From the NCBI GenBank assembly GCA_040285825.1, contig JAUPSS010000004.1, positions 5,485,784 to 5,549,783 of the forward strand: 64,000 nucleotides of DNA. Direction: 5' to 3'. Below the pieces are notes generated by a model. It saw only the letters and a list, made by a program, of their open reading frames with translations. It was not told the origin of the DNA and made no database searches. Both the position numbers and the translations under genes were made by a program. Of this stretch, positions 61,620-64,000 are shown one piece after another. This DNA is from Eukaryota sp. TZLM1-RC. Taxonomy: Eukaryota; Protista; Metamonada: BaSk clade. Each line of letters begins with the position of its first letter. Within the stretch, counting starts at the first letter, position 1.

Positions 61620-62460
61620 TATTGGTCAAGGGTGTTTGTGCAAATAAGTTATCAGATTGTTCACTTTTTGTAATCATTGTACCACGAAGATTTGGATTGT
61701 GTGCCACTAATGAAGCATTTGTAACAAGAATGAGATTATATTTGAATATCCCCATTAATCAATTTTAATCAAAAGAAAAATGTATTTGTTCGAATTCACC
61801 TCAACTCACTTTGCACCATGCTCTGAATTGTTCTAAAGTGATAACTTAATGTTCTTCATTACATGATGCTGTTAGAGACACTGTTTTCAATATGGCACGA
61901 ACTGCAAGAATCTCGTGTATTAAAGAGACTCTGCTGAAGGAAACATTGTCATTGAATAATTTTGGTTCTGATGACAGAGGTGATGTATACTGTGATTGGA
62001 TTGAGAACTCTGAAGCTGTTGTTGACTTTGTCTCATGTAATGTTGCAAATTGCACTTTGGCTCAAAAGAAGAAAACTTAATCCTGTAAGCGCTTTTGAAT
62101 TTAAAGCATAGAAAATATGACAAAGATATCGAAAAAGCTAATGCTAGTAGAAATAGATCATTTGTTTTATTGATTTTCCATTTTCGATAAACGGAAGACT
62201 ATCATTAAAAGCAGAAACTATTGTAAATGACTACCAAAAAATGGTTCAAGAAAAAACAATGAAAAGATTTGATGACTTTTTATGGCGTTCACGGATTCCA
62301 TTTGCCATTGCTAACAGATTACCTCGGTTTTTCAATCAAATTAGAGAAGCTTTAGCTAGACAGTAAGCAGTTCAAGATTTTGAAGAGGAAATCTTGGTTC
62401 AATGATAGTCGTCCCATAAGTATTGAGTTTATTGCGTCAAGTGTGTAAGTTTGATAAAAG
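61620..62460 (+). mobile_element. Family A RLE 3' fragment
   Basis: DDRGDVYCDW and the family A 3' UTR. Confidence 0.88.
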
Positions 62461-62752
62461 TTAACAGGTAAAACAATTTAAACACCAACACACACACTAA
62501 TTACCTTCTTTGTTCTGTTACATTCTCCTTAATCACAAACTTGGGCAACTTTGGTTCATCTGCTGTAAAAAACTTCTCTATAATTAAGTAAAGCAGAACA
62601 AGAAGATGTTTTGACTGAACTTTGTGGCAAAATAGCATTGTAGGCTCTATATTCAAGAGAATGTTCGTTATTATCATTTAGAAATTTTTGTGAAGAACAG
62701 GTTGCGGGAAAGTTTTCGATAGCAGATGAAATGCATTTTTGGTTTAAAAATT

Positions 62753-63549
62753 AGTATTTAATGAATTTGCACACTTAATTAAATTAACTCAATACTAATG
62801 GGACGACTTTTATTGAACCAAGATTTCCTCTACAAAATCTTGATCTGCTTACTGTCTAGCTAAAGCTTCTCTAATTTGATTGAAAAACCGTGATAATCTA
62901 TTAATAATGGCAAATTGAATCCGTGAACGCCATAAAAATATATCAAATCTTTTCATTGTTTTTTCTTGCACCATTTTTTGGAAGTCATCCAAAAAAGTTT
63001 CTGCTTCAACTGATAATCTTCCATTTATCGAAAATGGGAAAGCAATAAAAACCAGCTGTGTATTTCTATCGACATTAGCCTCTTCAATATCTTTATCATA
63101 TTTTCTATGTTTCTCTTTTGCTTTAAAATCCAGAGCAGCCACAGGATTAAGTATTCTGCTTTGAACCAAAGTGTCATTTGCAGCATTACATGAGACAAAG
63201 TCAACAATAGCTTCAGAATTATCAATTTAATCACAGTATACATCACCTCTATCATCAGAACCAAAATTATTCAGAGAAAGTGTTTCCTTCAGCAGGGGCT
63301 CTTTGATACACGATATCCTTGCAGTTTGTGCCATATTGAAAACAGTGTCTCTAACAGCATCATGTAATAAAGAACGATAAGTTATCAATTTAGAGCAATT
63401 TAGAGCATGGCGCAAAGTGAGTTGGGGTGAATTCGAACAAATACATTTTTCTTTTGATAATAATTGATTAACGGGGATATTCAAATATAATCTCATTTTT
63501 GTTACAAATGCTTCATTAGTGGCACACAATCCAAATCTTCGTGGTACAA
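62753..63549 (-). mobile_element. 5'-truncated family A RLE element with 13-bp TSD
   Basis: TGGTTTAAAAATT at 62740-62752 and 63550-63562. Confidence 0.9.
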
Positions 63550-63621
63550 TGGTTTAAAAATTCATTTTGGAAAATAAAAAACCGTTTCAAACAACATTTT
63601 CTTGACAATCAAACCTTTATC

Positions 63622-64000
63622 ATGCAACATCTTGAGGCGATCAAGGACGCTGTCAATGATCTCCAACAGTCCTCTCATTCCACCATCTCCAACAACAACC
63701 CTTCTGTTCATGACCTGGTGGACCATATAGTTTTCTTCCTGGAGACTGGACTTCGTGACAAGTCAGGCATCCTGTCTACTAAACCTTCTGCTTACTCATT
63801 TCTTGAATGTCTGGTCAATAAAAACATCAACCCTAAAGCTAAGGAAGACTTTCTATATCTTTCCACCCTTGTTAACGTTAAAACTACCACCGGAAAAGCC
63901 CGTGCTTGGGTACGTTACGCCCTCAACTATCAATCCTTAGAAGCCGATCTCTTTGCACTTTTCACCTCATCCCACGTTCCTTCCTTCTACCTTCCTTCTG
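63622..64000 (+). CDS. RUN-domain protein, 5' part (runs off window; absent from the ORF track)
   Basis: Open frame MQHLEAIKDAV...FFLETGLR...VKTTTGKARAWVRYALNYQSLEADL..SFY, a RUN signature. Confidence 0.8.
   Translation, partial: MQHLEAIKDAVNDLQQSSHSTISNNNPSVHDLVDHIVFFLETGLRDKSGILSTKPSAYSFLECLVNKNINPKAKEDFLYLSTLVNVKTTTGKARAWVRYALNYQSLEADLFALFTSSHVPSFYLPS

Overview
AT-rich eukaryotic (protist-like) DNA using the standard code, made of small islands of compact host genes in a sea of nested, mostly decayed transposons. Host genes: a large TmcB/TmcC-like multi-pass membrane gene split by an AT-rich virus-like RING insert, a CCCH-finger protein, ALG7/DPAGT1 with one 35-nt intron, an orphan, a CK1/TTBK kinase ending in CCNIL, a RalGAP-beta-like fragment, a divergent Sec23/24-like gene and the start of a RUN-domain gene. 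Mobile DNA: (1) a Ty3/Gypsy chromodomain LTR retrotransposon with 147-bp LTRs, present as a head-to-tail tandem (1-7916) and an internally deleted copy (34586-37909); (2) a second Gypsy family with a 121-bp LTR; (3) many CRE/R2-type RT+RLE non-LTR retrotransposons of several families, four with readable 11-16 bp TSDs; (4) hAT, pogo-like and IS630/Tc1-like remnants and MITEs. The most notable system is a set of Fanzor1 (eukaryotic TnpB-type RNA-guided nuclease) remnants. One (57190-58171) keeps all three RuvC motifs and is followed by a structured, pseudoknot-capable candidate omegaRNA. Family assignments come from motif recognition by eye, not database searches. Boundaries of decayed fragments are approximate, and some frameshifts could be assembly indels.
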